Of a stretch of 64,000 nt of DNA, positions 35,903-48,679 are shown one piece after another. The stretch is from Nemertoderma westbladi. Taxonomy: Eukaryota; Animalia; Xenacoelomorpha. Location of the stretch: the NCBI GenBank assembly GCA_032718475.1, contig JAUCBJ010008939.1, positions 22,061 to 86,060 on the forward strand, given 5' to 3'. Made by a program: the position numbers and the translations under genes. The notes under the pieces are model-generated. The model searched no databases, had not been told where the DNA came from, and saw nothing but the letters and a program-made list of their open reading frames with translations. Positions within the stretch are counted from its first letter, which is position 1. Each line of letters starts with the position of its first letter.

Positions 35903-36823
35903 CTGAATAAGATTAATGATTTAATAAGTTGTAATTTTCTATATAAAATTATGAATAAATTTTAAAAAGTTTAATATATAATTTCGATTCATCTGTGCAA
36001 TTTACGAAAGGGTGAAGGCACTGCGGCCTACGAGTTTTAGTATTATAAATAATATATGGCACACACTTACCTTTATCGGTTTCCACAGTTTGTGTTGACT
36101 GCTTATCTCTGAGGTAGAGAGGGTTCACTTGCATCTTCGCAAATTTTAATTTTCTTGGAAATTGCCTTATTTTTGTCCGAAAAAGTGCGTTTACAGTCCA
36201 AAATCTTCCAAAATGTGGACAAATGATCTTCGAAAATATAAAGTAAACGACATATTCATAAATGATAACCTTTTAGTGAAATTATTGGATCTCTCACTAA
36301 TGTTCTAGAAAATGCGTCTGTCCAAAACCATACTGTTGTATTTGATGCAGATGAACCCTCCTGGAAATACCTCTGAGAGATTGGTCGGAACGTGACTGGG
36401 ACCGTGACGTATTCCTACTGCTGCTCGTAAGACTTAAACTGCGGCACGGCGTAATTCCGTTTCCATGGTCACCAGTAGAACTATGTCCTATCGGAGGAGT
36501 TTTCGGCGGAAGGTTCTCCATGTTGGTTTTAATATTAAATCAGGTAAACTAAAGGAAAAAAGTTTGAGGGAAATTAGGAAAGACCAAAATATAATAGACA
36601 GTTGATTTGCAACAAAAGGCGTGTGTGGCAGGGCTCTATGATGGGTGGACCCGTCCGTCGTTGGAAATGTTTAAACGGTAAAGTCTATCAATCTTGGTAC
36701 ACATGTAGTTTATTACACATGTAGTTTATCAAAAGTTTAGAAATTCTAGAAACACAGATAAACGTATATATTTCCTAATGGCGGCCGCTAGGGGGCGAAT
36801 GATCAGATCTACGTCCAATAATT

Positions 36824-38812
36824 GGGCAATTCCATCGTTACGGACTCACATTCGAACGAAATTTTCGAAATTAATTGACATATTTAATTAACAACTTTAC
36901 AATAGAAATAACAATTAGCTGTGGTGGGTGATGGATTAATGGTACATCTTTACTTTGACTTATAAAAAAGAGTTATATCTCATTAGATTCATGGGATATT
37001 GTAAATATAGTACCCGTTACGGACTCACATGCAAATGGACAAAGAAAAATTACTCCATTTTATTTTGACAAATTCTCTTGAAATGTTTAACGCCATACGT
37101 TATAACTTTCACAATGCGAGGTAGATACATCAAATTTTGTAAATTTGTAAGTTAATAGCAAAAACATATGGTGGTAAACCTCATTTATAGATAAATTGTT
37201 CGTTACGGACTCACAGAAAAAAATGTTACGGACTCACACTTGAAATCGTTATGCACTCGTTATATTGTTTTGACAAAAGAGCAACGACCAATGAATGTTT
37301 ATGGTATTTATTCAATAAATATCTTTATTACTTATATACCTTTCACAATGTACAGTACCTTAAGAATCACTAATAGATATCTTTAGTAGTGTTCATGAAA
37401 TTAACTGTACATCATATCTATAAGATTGAGTAGGCATATTTGGTGTGTGTATTATAGTAACTAGTGTATATTTAATATCGATCCTAAAAGTTCATATGAC
37501 CATAATTTGTTAAAATGAGCAATTTCTAGTTCTTTAAAAACATAAATACCACGTTCATGGAAACTTTTTTATACTGGAAAATAAATTTTGAACAGTACAG
37601 TATTTCGATGTATTTATGATTTAACTATCACTGTACTTAAGTTATTCCACCTTGGCGTAGTTGGTTAAATTGGTGGCATTTAAATCACATCTCTCCTTGA
37701 GTCGTGGGTTCGATCCCATCATGAGGGCTAGGGTAGTTTTCGTTTCGGCACGAATACTTTAAAGACAATAAACAGACTTATTAGCCAGGGCGCATCTCTT
37801 CCTTCCGTAAATGGTAGCTAAATGAGTACTAGAGTCCCTCTAGGGAATATAGTTATGGGGGGGGGGGGGGGGGGGGGACGCACTGGAAATAAGTAGTCAG
37901 ACGGGCGATTTTTTTTGTATCACAATCCATAATTCGTTCACTCGTTTCATGAAATCTTGGCAAACTTCGAGGGTATCATACTATACCATCTTGGACAGTA
38001 ATTTCTGTCATCCGTGATATATGCCGTTTGGCCCTTTCAGCACCAGAAATGTGAGTATTAGACGTAAGAGACAGGATTAAACGGGCGCAATGCATAATAT
38101 CGTACAGTAGGATGATGTATGTATGAATACGTTCGAATGTGCTGTCGATGGAGAATTGTCAGACTAAAGGAGCTGAATACTTTCAGTTTACATAGTGAAT
38201 AATGTATACAAAGCAGAATGATTCTTACCTAACCTACCGCCTGGTGAGTCCGTAACGGAGAATTTGTGAGTCCGTAACGCTGTTCTTAAACGTTTCAGCT
38301 GGAACACAGAACATAGAGACCTAATGGATGGTTTTGATTGGTTGTAAACCCAAAGGAAAATGATTATCAGTGCAATACATGCGGGGTGTACTCCAAATTA
38401 AAACTTTAAGTACTTTTCGTTACGGACTCACATAATTCTGTAGGCCAAATCTAAATTTTTTGAAACTTTGAATACGCAATGCTACGCTGTCCATATTCAA
38501 ATTTTTATCATCAATGGCTTCTAATAAATGTTGAATTATCGGTTGGTGTAATTACCTGTCTTAATCAGAGAATTTCAATGGTAGTAAGATTATGTCAAAA
38601 ATGACATGGATTAATTTCTGCAAATTTGAAAATACGTAAAAAAAATTCATCATATTGAATAATGAAAAACCAGTTGTCACCCTCAAAAAAATTAAGAATC
38701 CGTCACTTTTATTAAAAATTTCATTCTTTCTCGTCATTTTGATACCAAAATTATGCCGATTAGTTGACTTTTAATTTTCGAAGTAAGTGTTACATCAATG
38801 GTGGAATTGCCC
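36824..38812. mobile_element. Non-autonomous TIR DNA transposon (possibly Sola-like), ~2.0 kb
   Basis: 11-bp TIR GGGCAATTCCA with AATT on both flanks. Internal motif GTTACGGACTCAC occurs 7 times in both orientations. No transposase ORF. Confidence 0.7.
37645..37860 (+). mobile_element. tRNA-derived SINE-like insert
   Basis: A-box TGGCGTAGTTGG (37653) and B-box GGTTCGATCCC (37707), followed by a non-tRNA body with AAATGAGTAC. No convincing cloverleaf. Confidence 0.55.
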
Positions 38813-40230
38813 AATTGCACTTCTACGCTTGGTGCTGCGCTGGTGCTCTCACGTATTACTGTATAATAATAATAATAATAATATTGGTTATTTTTATAGC
38901 GCTTTTCTATTTATTATACTATGAATAGGCCACAGTAAAGTACAATATTAAAACTTACCTTTGTCAGGGCTACCACTCAAATATAAATTTCCCACACTTG
39001 CTATAATCATCATTTTATATTAGGTCTACTTGGCCTGGCCCTCCTACATTCCAAAAGTAATGTACGATTGTATTTTGACAAGCTCCCAAAGCTATCACTA
39101 GCTACCACGGGCGCTATTATGGTAATTAGTTGTATGCCTAATGTATGGTTTCTACGGCCCCTATACAAATTACTTTATTCAGGCCTATATTAACAAAATT
39201 TTATTGTTTTAAAACATTTTTTTTTTATGAATACGGTATAGCTGTTAGACATTTTTTCCGAAAATTCCACGTGGCAGATTATGCGGACCGTGCCATTTAC
39301 AGTACACCTTTCAGTAATTTACTAGCCAATTGTTTCCAGATTTTAATGTTTACTATTGTTTTTGAACATTATAGTAGTGTATACTTGTTATAAAAAATGT
39401 TATTGAACAATATATTTTAATGTTTATTACACTTTATTTTTAACTTTTTCACATAAAAATGTTTGTTAATAAAGTAACAGGGGAAAACACACATTGGATA
39501 GGCCTACTACAGAATCCATATTATGGAGGCAGACGAAGCATCCGATTACATAGTAGGCCATATGCTGTATGTTCTGTAGGAGAGGCAGGTCAGTAAACGT
39601 TATGTTGTGGCACGGTAAATCACTAGAACAGGAACATTTTTAAGACTACATTATAATAATATTATAAATTACAATTTGTACGATCTACAATACATAATCT
39701 CGAACTACTGTGTATACAGACATAATAATATAATAGCTACCCATTTGTAATTGGCGTTTTCGAGAATGTAATAATTGCTAATTTTTTATGGAATTTAATC
39801 AAGAACACAAATCAAATGTAGACATTACACCATGAACCGTAATATAGTCTCATTTTCTGATGACACGGACCCCCCCCCCCCCCCAGATTTTTCTACAAAT
39901 CTTTATCATATTGCTTGAAATTTGAAACACAACTAGTTCAGCTCACCGTCGAGGACCCCATGAAGCCGGAATTTTCCTTTTAGTCTTTAAAATATTTTAT
40001 ATAAACGTATTAAAAAATATTATTTTGCGAAATTGCACCCTTCGTATCGCCGCCATTGTTCACATTAGCTTCGATTTGTACAAATAATTGGAAAGCTTTC
40101 GTTACAATCCACATACTGAAACAATGTCTGAGTTTCGTTGAGAAACAGCTGAGATATGCGTTCAAAGATTGCAAGAATTATCGTTCAATAGGGTCCGTGT
40201 CATCAATGACACTATTTATTGCGGGTCATG

Positions 40231-40934
40231 GTGTATGTGCGCAGGCCTACACCATGCCTGTATGTGCGTAGGCCTACACCATGCGTGTATGTGCGTAGGC
40301 CTACACCATGCGTGTATGTGCGTAGGCCTACACCATGCCTGTATGTGCGTAGGCCTACACCATGCGTGTATGTGCGTAGGCCTACACCATGCGTGTATGT
40401 GCGTAGGCCTTCACCATGCGTGTATGTGCGTAGGCCTACACCATGCGTGTATGTGCGTAGGCCTACACCATGCGTGTATGTGCGTAGGCCTACACCAAGC
40501 GTGTATGTGCGTAGGCCTACACCATGCGTGTATGTGCGCAGGTCTACACCATGCGTGTATGTGCGTAGGCCTACACCATGCGTGCATGTGCGTAGGCCTA
40601 CACCATGCGTGTATGTGCGCAGGTCTACACCATGCGTGTATGTGCGTAGGCCTACACCATGCGTGTATGTGCGTAGGCCTACACCATGCGTGTATGTGCG
40701 TAGGCTTACACCATGCGTGTATGTGCGTAGGCCTACACCATGCGTGGATGTGCGTAGGCCTACACCATGCGTGGATGTGCGCAGGCCTACACCATGCGTG
40801 TATGTGCGCAGGCCTACACCATGCGTGTATGTGCGCAGGCCTGCACCATGAGTGTATGTGCGTAGGCCTACACCATGCGTGTATGTGCGTAGGCCTACAC
40901 CATGCGTGTATGCGCGTAAGCCTACACCATGCGT
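40231..40934. repeat. 27-bp minisatellite, ~26 copies
   Basis: GTGTATGTGCGTAGGCCTACACCATGC in tandem. Confidence 0.97.
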
Positions 40935-40956
40935 AGATTGCGGGTCATTGTGTGCA

Positions 40957-41270
40957 TCATGCCCTGGAATATAGCGTCGTTATACAGGTACCTGCCCCCC
41001 AGAGATAGTTTCACCTCCCTCCTCCTCCGTGGGTGAGACATAATTTTTATTTTTGCTTTCATTCTTTAGATACAAGCGTTTGAAAAAAGGGGCTTCTCGG
41101 GCGATATTGCACCAGTCCCACCGCAGTTATTCTTCTACCTTATAGCTGTTTGTTGGTACCAATGGAAAGCTGGTGATGCAAGGATTCCAAATATGTAAAA
41201 ACATTTGAATTTGGTTGTGAAACAGCTGAGATATGGGCATTCGAAAGTCGCATGTATTTGCGCATCTGGG
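40957..41270 (+). repeat. Diverged copy of the TIR arm of the 43540-45983 element (another remnant at ~39870-40170)
   Basis: Shares CATG.CCTGGAATATAG.GTCGTTAT.CAGGTAC and GCTGAGATATGGGCATTCGAA with 43543-43900. Confidence 0.7.
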
Positions 41271-41853
41271 GGGTGCTATTTTATTCTATTTTATAAATAC
41301 TCAGAATTCTGGAATATTTATGCATGCATTTCATTCAAATTAATTTAATAACTAATGCATGCATAGCTATTTATGAAATAAATAAAATATTCTAGAATTC
41401 GGAGTATTTATAAAATAGAATAAATTGCAATTAATCTAAAACCCAAAGTCTTAGAGCTAAAAATATACTAAAAAAGTGAATTTTCTGACAATCGATATTG
41501 CAACATTGGCAAGAAGAGTTTTAAAAACAGAATAAACAAGGCAGTATGTAATACTGGTAGATAAGATAATATACATCGTTAATATAATAATTAGTATACA
41601 CAGAAGTCGGTGCTCTACTGCACACAATGCAACGTAAGCATGGAGCATAACACGAGATACTAGATACGAGATACTAGCACGAAACCTGACTCAATATCAG
41701 GCGTTCACTAATTTTCGTGCTATTCACAACCTTCGTGCCACGTGCTGTAATTTATAGTGATAACAGGTTCGGGCGAGGTGCATATCCAATATCCTTCACG
41801 CTTACAAAGTAGTCTTATGATCCTGATCCACTGTGAACTGAACAAGTGAACAG

Positions 41854-43170
41854 TTATCGTTTATTTTTGATGCTTTTCTGTGATTTCCTAGGAGGAGCCC
41901 ACTTGAGTACGGACTCGTCCACCAGTAGCGGAGGTGGGTTAATCTTCCCGCTCGCGAGGTGCTCTTCTATAACACGCGGACTCACGCAGATCACGTGCTG
42001 CCCCTTCCAGTACTTAACCATAGACAGTGTCTGCAGCGTCTGGATGATGTCCAACTGGGCCAGTCCGGTGTCTTCGCTGAGGTCCTTGATGGAGACGCTG
42101 CCCTTGAAGTCCCTGAGTGCCTGGAGGATAACCCAAGTCCAGTAGCTGCGGTAGCTGAGCTTTCCGAGATCGCTTAGGGGCTTCTCCGGGGAACCGAGAA
42201 CTCCTTCCCGTTTCGATAACAAATAACTGAAAGAGATGAGGAATTTCCCGTATCCTCTCCGCTGGTAGGGCGGGAGGGTGAGGATACATGCGAGGTTGTT
42301 ACCATCCGGGGATTCCTTCTCCTTGGAGAAGTAGCCGACCACGTGGGAGCCCCATTTATCCACCTCGGTGAGAATGTAGAAGACAAAAGGCTCCACGTCG
42401 AAGTACAATGTTTTGTGGTCGAGGAACAACTTAGCGAGTAGACACATGTTCTGGCAGTATAACTTGAGGTCCTTTGCATCTACTTCGTAAACGGAAAGGT
42501 TCGCTTTCCTATATATCTCTCTACCCGGGGGTTGTCGCACCTTACAGGTGCCCAGATGGTACCGATACGTCGCCTCCAACTTCATGTACTTGAGGCAGTA
42601 CTCGCAGATCCAAAGTTTGCTTAGTTTCCCGTATTCCTCGGGGTAGGGCGAGAAGTACCACGTGTCGATCTCCCACTGTCCGAATTGGATGCGGTCGATG
42701 TACTTGATGCGGGTAAGTTGATCGTGTTCCTTCTCCAAGGCCGCCGTCGTTGGGTCCATGTCTGCGTAGGATTTCTGGATGTGGTTGATCTCATCGTGTT
42801 TACGTTTTTGGTGTCTCGTTAGTTTTCTGTCGTGTTCGTCATCGTATTTACCCAACATGGATACATTCACGTCAGTTGAGTTTAAGGTGTTATCTTTGAT
42901 TCGATCCTCCTCCACCCACTCGTCCATTCGTTTGTCGACATCCTTGTAATGGACGTAGAATTGATTCTTCTCTGTACCGCCTTCCGCTGCGCTACGCGAT
43001 TGGACGATCTCAGCTAATTGCCAGGTATCCTCCCCTCGTCGCACCAGATATTCGGAACCAACTTTTATAACAGATTCGCTTTGGATTCCCGAAGAATTAT
43101 CTCGATTACCAGAGCGACTTGCATCGGTTTTACTGCTAATATCGGTTGTAGTGGAAACTGGAGGAGACAT
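41854..43170 (-). CDS. KAT8: MYST-family histone acetyltransferase KAT8/MOF (single coding exon)
   Basis: Tudor-knot/chromobarrel ([14 protein letters not shown]), [13 protein letters not shown]2HC finger CEYCLKY...[17 protein letters not shown], acetyl-CoA loop QRRGYG and [11 protein letters not shown]. Confidence 0.95.
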   Translation of the reverse strand: MSPPVSTTTDISSKTDASRSGNRDNSSGIQSESVIKVGSEYLVRRGEDTWQLAEIVQSRSAAEGGTEKNQFYVHYKDVDKRMDEWVEEDRIKDNTLNSTDVNVSMLGKYDDEHDRKLTRHQKRKHDEINHIQKSYADMDPTTAALEKEHDQLTRIKYIDRIQFGQWEIDTWYFSPYPEEYGKLSKLWICEYCLKYMKLEATYRYHLGTCKVRQPPGREIYRKANLSVYEVDAKDLKLYCQNMCLLAKLFLDHKTLYFDVEPFVFYILTEVDKWGSHVVGYFSKEKESPDGNNLACILTLPPYQRRGYGKFLISFSYLLSKREGVLGSPEKPLSDLGKLSYRSYWTWVILQALRDFKGSVSIKDLSEDTGLAQLDIIQTLQTLSMVKYWKGQHVICVSPRVIEEHLASGKINPPPLLVDESVLKWAPPRKSQKSIKNKR

Positions 43171-43539
43171 TACTGCAGCTAAGATAATCAGAAAGCCGAA
43201 TCATGAAATTCACCTACGGACAAACTGATACCGGTATCATGAATCGTGATATCCAGATATCATGTGTGAGGCTCTAAAATAAACGACTAAAACCAGTCCT
43301 GCAGTCACAGTCCGAACAGACAGCAGAAATCGTTTTAAATTAAAACGCCAAAGGGGCAAAGCAGCAAAGCAAGGGCGATACTGGTACCGGTACCGCTATT
43401 CAAATAATTTTTAGATGAGCTTGTTACTATTATCCGATTTATTGCATATTGTTTCACCTGTTAGTTAGTGGTACCAGTAACCTTGGTGATTTTCTCCAGT
43501 TCTCCCTCCATTTATCAGATTATTGTAAATACTGAAATA

Positions 43540-45983
43540 CAGCATGTCCTGGAATATAGTGTCGTTATTCAGGTACATGCCCCCAAATTTTTCTACAAAT
43601 CGTAATGAGATTGCATGAAATTTGAAACAGAGTTAGTTCCCCCCCCCCCCCCCCCCCCCCCCTCCTTACTGCCTTAGTGGGTGAGCCAGAATTTTATTTT
43701 TATATTTGCTTTCATTCTTTAGATAGAAGCGTTTAAAAAAAGTGTCTCAGTCGATATTGCACCAGTTACACCGCAGTTATTCTTCAAACATTTAGTGATT
43801 TGTTGGTACTAGTGGAAAGCTGACCGTGTAAGGATTCCAAATATGAAAAAATATTTGAATTTGGTTGGGAAATAGCTGAGATATGGGCATTCGAATTTTG
43901 CATGTATTTGCTTCCACTGTAGTCCATTATTAAATAAATACACAATACAAGCAATCGACGACCCTCAGAATGCAGTATTAAACCTGGAACACTTAGCGAA
44001 GCGTCGGCGTCGTGTAGATAGGTGCCCAGTTTATCTATCCAACGGATTCCACCACAAACTGTGTGACTCTGGGTGTTGGAGATCAGGTCCAGATTGCAAG
44101 TGCCTTCTGTGCGGCGAGCCTGCCGCCGATCCGGCCCACGCCATGGCCTGTACACGGTTACCTACCCCACTAGCCTCCTCTCCGTCAATAATGTCCCTTG
44201 CCTTCCATTTGCAATCCATGGAACAGTAACTCGATTTTAAGTTAATTCAATTCAATTTTACTTAAGATTTACATACATATCGACGCTTAATTAGTATACT
44301 ATACATACTGTACTATGTATTTTATTTCTTGTCCTACCATTTTATACCCGTTGGGTAATATTAAAGTCTTCTGTTCTCAAATACACAATATTCTAGAACA
44401 TTTTGTTTATCTCATAAGTAGCTTGGCAACAATACATGATAACAAGCTGGCAAGCCTGGAAGGTTCACGGTCCTCCTACTTAATCAGTACAATAATAATA
44501 CGTTTTCGTTCGGGTAGGCCTATGTTTCCTTTTCACTTGTTCCCATCGTAGGCGACCTCATGCTCCTGTGCTCATCCCACCACGACCACGACCACCAGTT
44601 ACGAGTTGGGTAGGCGTCTACCGGCAACCGGTAAGTAATTACGCGCCACACGACGTCATCCCGCCATCCGCCAACATTTATACTGGTACGGTAAGCCTAC
44701 CACCTACCGGCTGGCTACCATCGCACCGTAGGTCTACCGCCTACGCCTACCGGTCAACCGGTAACGGTAGGCTACCGCGTACCGGTACAGCGGTACTCAA
44801 AGTCGTACCGGTATTGTCGTAATTGACAAATGCAGGATTAAACCGTAACCCGTTCCAGTACCGGTACCATATGCATCTGAACGACTGGACGGTTAATCTC
44901 ATAGCATAGCTGCATAGGCCTACTGGTAGTCAGTGCGAAGTCGCCTGCGAACATGGCGAAATATTATATTTACTGCTAGGGCTAGGCTAGGACCTACTGC
45001 TGTACTGACCTATGACAGTATGAAGATAGGCAGATAGGCCTACAGTGGTCAGGTAGTACCGGTCCGGTATGCCTACTACAGGCAGACAATCAGACAGTAC
45101 TAGCAGTGCTAATTAATTACCTTAATTAAATCTTCAATTAGGTCATAATGTAGGTCCAAATTTAAAAATCGGCCTCCGTTAATCGATTTACAAATAATTC
45201 AGGTACCTCCATGCCAAATATCAGAATCATTCATTGCGTTCCCTATGACAAGATAGCTTTTTCCTAAACCATGCGAAAACACGCAAATATAGCGCTCACA
45301 TCGCACAAATACCATCTCGACACCCAATTTTTTGTATGAGCCTTCGCCATCCCTATATCTAACTTTTGTCCAAATTTTGTTTCGATTGATTAATAAATAA
45401 CTGAGATATCGCTCTGGACACACACACACACACACACACACACTAACACACACACACACACACATTACGGTAATAATGGTCACCTATGTCAAGGACCGTG
45501 AACCAATACTAGTATAAGGATATTCATACATAATCAAAATGTTCTACATTGTGTATTTATTTAAAAGAATAAATTAATGGCCTGCAGTGGAAGCAAATAC
45601 AATATGCAAAATTCGAATGCCCATATCTCAGCTATTTCCCAACCAAATTCAAATGTTTTTACATATTTGGAATCCTTGCACGGTCAGCTTTCCACTAGTA
45701 ACAACAAAATACCAAATGTTTGAAGAATAACTGCGGTGTAACTGGTGCAATATCGACGGAGACACTTTTTTTTTAAACGTTGTATAGTAGCTAAAGAATG
45801 AAAGCAAAAATAAAAAGTCTGGCTCACCCACTAAAGAGGAAGGAGATGAAACTAACACTGTTTCAAATTCCATGCAATGTCATTACGATTTGTAGAAAAC
45901 ATTTTTTTTGGGGGGGGGGGGGGGGGGGTGGGGGGGGGGGGTCCATGTACCTGAATAACGACACTATATTCCAGGACATGGTG
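43540..45983. mobile_element. Non-autonomous element with ~400-bp inverted arms and TA flanks (Tc1/mariner-like)
   Basis: 43540-43946 is the approximate reverse complement of 45548-45983. Ends are TA|CAGCATGTCC and GGACATGGTG|TA. Confidence 0.7.
45200..45510. repeat. (CA)n microsatellite (45417-45464) within a possible DINE-1/Helentron-like short element
   Basis: GAGATATCGCTCTGGA followed by a CA run resembles the layout of DINE-1-like elements. Boundaries are uncertain. Confidence 0.35.
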
Positions 45984-47441
45984 TATACGGGAGTCAATAA
46001 CAATTTTATGTATTTTATGTATATTTTAAGTTTATTTATGTACCGAGGGAGCGCAGCGAGGGAGGTTTACATAAATAAACAAGGGTCTTTATTAACGAGC
46101 TGAAAAGTGCTACTTTTGAAAACCGCTATAATTTTGAAATTTCTAAATTTACAAGTTTCAGTTTGTCTCTACTCTCTTTCGACTCGTCTATTAGAACTAC
46201 TATTAGATATTTCTGCTGCAGGAGCATCGTGGAGTATATATTTGTGTGCAAAGTAGCATTTTACAGGTTTGTTACATAAACGAACCTAAAGATTGAGTAC
46301 AAATATAGACACGAGGTGACGAGGATCGATTATAACACTATAAAGTAGGGTGTAACTTTATTCCAAATTTGTGACATTATACAAAATAACCGCTGATAAA
46401 AAAAAGGCATGGAAAAATTTGTTGTTAAAAAACTGTAATAACAATATTTTTATTGTAATTTCACTATTTCGTAATACAGTAGTAGTAGATGAAGCATTAA
46501 AGTACTGTAGGAAAAACTTTGAGCCAAATATTAAAGAAATTAAAGGATGCAGTCTGAAGTTAAACATTAGCCTAAAGGCCTTACCTTATGGCATACATTT
46601 AACAACAATAATTTAATACGAGTGATATTATTGATCGTTTTAAATGATTTTTGCCATGCTGAATTATTTCGCTTGATATTATTGGTCGATTTAAATAAGA
46701 CAGTTGAATAATTTCAACCGATAATGGGGTTCACGGCTCAAATTCAAAACCAGATTAATTATTACATGCAATAATATCACAGAAACACAATGGCGAAGAC
46801 GAGATATTGGTGTTCTCAGTTTAAAAATTGTTCAAAATTGGAAAACTATCTGTGATTGGTCGTGACGTCAATGTACGCCTCGGAATCCCATTGATATAAA
46901 CATTCAGATACACTATTTTGTGTAAATTATGCAGTGTCTTAGGCTGGGACTGCTGCATTACTGCATTAAATACTGTAGTACAGTGCAGCAGTCACCGGTA
47001 CAAGCAATGCAGCACTGTATACTTGTTTATTTATACAGCGAACGGAGAGTAAACGGGACAACGGCAACGAGGAGCGAATATGGCGAATGCGGGGTACCCG
47101 GAGCGGATCCGGAAACCCCATAAGGATGTCCCAAAAGGACAAATACATACATGGGGGGATAATGTCCTTGTACAGTTGTATGGGCCGTATCAGATGTGTA
47201 CAGTCAAGGAGGAATCGACCAAGTGTTAGTGTTAACTAACGCTCACCATGTGGGTCTGAGGATGAGTGCGCAATTTGACAAAATGCTAACAATGATACCG
47301 GAACTATAGTGGCGACCTTGTCGCGGATGTATTGCTGCAAAATGCTGCTAGAAACGACTGAAGGATATTTGGTTGCCGAATAGAGGTGGTTAAACTACAG
47401 TATCTTACAACTGTAGAAAGCATTCAGCGTAGAGACACGAG

Positions 47442-48600
47442 TGTTCGCGCTTTCAGACCTTTGGCAGTTTAACCTGCCAAATTAGGATGTCTTCTAGATA
47501 ATAGATAGTCTTTAGCCTACGACAAATATTTGATACACTACATTAGCCGAAACCAGTCTATGCGCGATCATTCACCCGCTGGATATACCCGGGAGACTGG
47601 ATTCGGAAGCCTAATCGTATTGCGGGATAGGCCTACTGTATTATTCGACTGATCTTAATATATATAATCTCTGACAAATATTATTCACTTTCGGGAAATA
47701 TTAACAGTTCCTTTAGGACGTGGCGCTCTAAATATATAAACAGAGTTATGACTTAAACTAGACACAACGGGATGGCTATAGATTCACGTATATGGCGCAT
47801 TCTTTAGGAGATGCTTCGTTATCAATCACAATCATACACAATGCTGCACAATGCTGCACACTAATCTGCCGACCTTCACTAATTTTAGTCACATATAAGG
47901 AGAACAACAGACAATACGTGTAGGGCCTATAAAATAGCATTAGATTCACTTCAAACCACTTAATGTAAGTCGCAATCGTTATATGTATCCGGTCTCTCTA
48001 ACCTTTAGTATATCAAGAAGATTGGGGTGTCTGATTGTTTATCAGTATTCCGAATATAATATTCCATCAACAAATATAATGAATAACCGACAGTAAATAG
48101 CAGTACAAAGTTTAAGGTATGAAGAAGATATGTTGTGTTATGTTATGATTAAGTGAGATAACGGATATACGTTCTATAATTAAGCCTACTAATGTTGAAC
48201 TAAAGACTGAAACACGGAGGTTCCACGCCGGTGTTGTAGGCTGTGGAAAAATCACATACTGACTCACTTCCCTAGTTTCTATATACCATCTCCAACACAG
48301 AGGCAAAAAACGATCTGATTGGTCGACCGAACAAAGAGAGAACAAAGAACAAAGAGATGTTCTACGTGGCAATATCAGCTGTTAGCCGTCGTCATGGTAT
48401 CTACACTGTTTCAAGAGGATCAGGCGTATTGCGTCATAAAATTGCGGATTATGTCCTCTAAAGTACACATACAGAAGAAATGACTTTTATGTCCTCTAAA
48501 ACACCAGTACAGTAAGGACACGGCCTTTTTATGCCTGGTAAACCAACTACAGAGTACTTTACGGGGAAAATAACCGGCTAATTACGCAAAAGCCTTTACA
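47442..48600 (-). repeat. 3' LTR of copy 2
   Basis: TGTTCGCGC...GCCTTTACA. Minus-strand CCAAT (~48318-48322), TATATAG (~48279-48285) and TCAGT (~48258-48262). Confidence 0.92.
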
Positions 48601-48679
48601 CCGCTCCCAGAAAATGGGATTTAAGTCTATAAAATATAACAAATCACAGTTTCTAAAATATAAAAATACTCTAAACAGT

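Noticed and set aside
37645-37725. Functional tRNA gene
   Set aside because: A and B boxes are present but there are no consistent acceptor or anticodon stems; better explained as a SINE head.
40169-40936. Cys/His-rich 255-aa and 210-aa repeat proteins
   Set aside because: Artefacts of a stop-free 27-bp minisatellite, with no credible start or unique domain.
46790-47440. Possible transposase or THAP-like remnant left of copy 2
   Set aside because: Only short frames with isolated Cys residues; no motif that can be supported.
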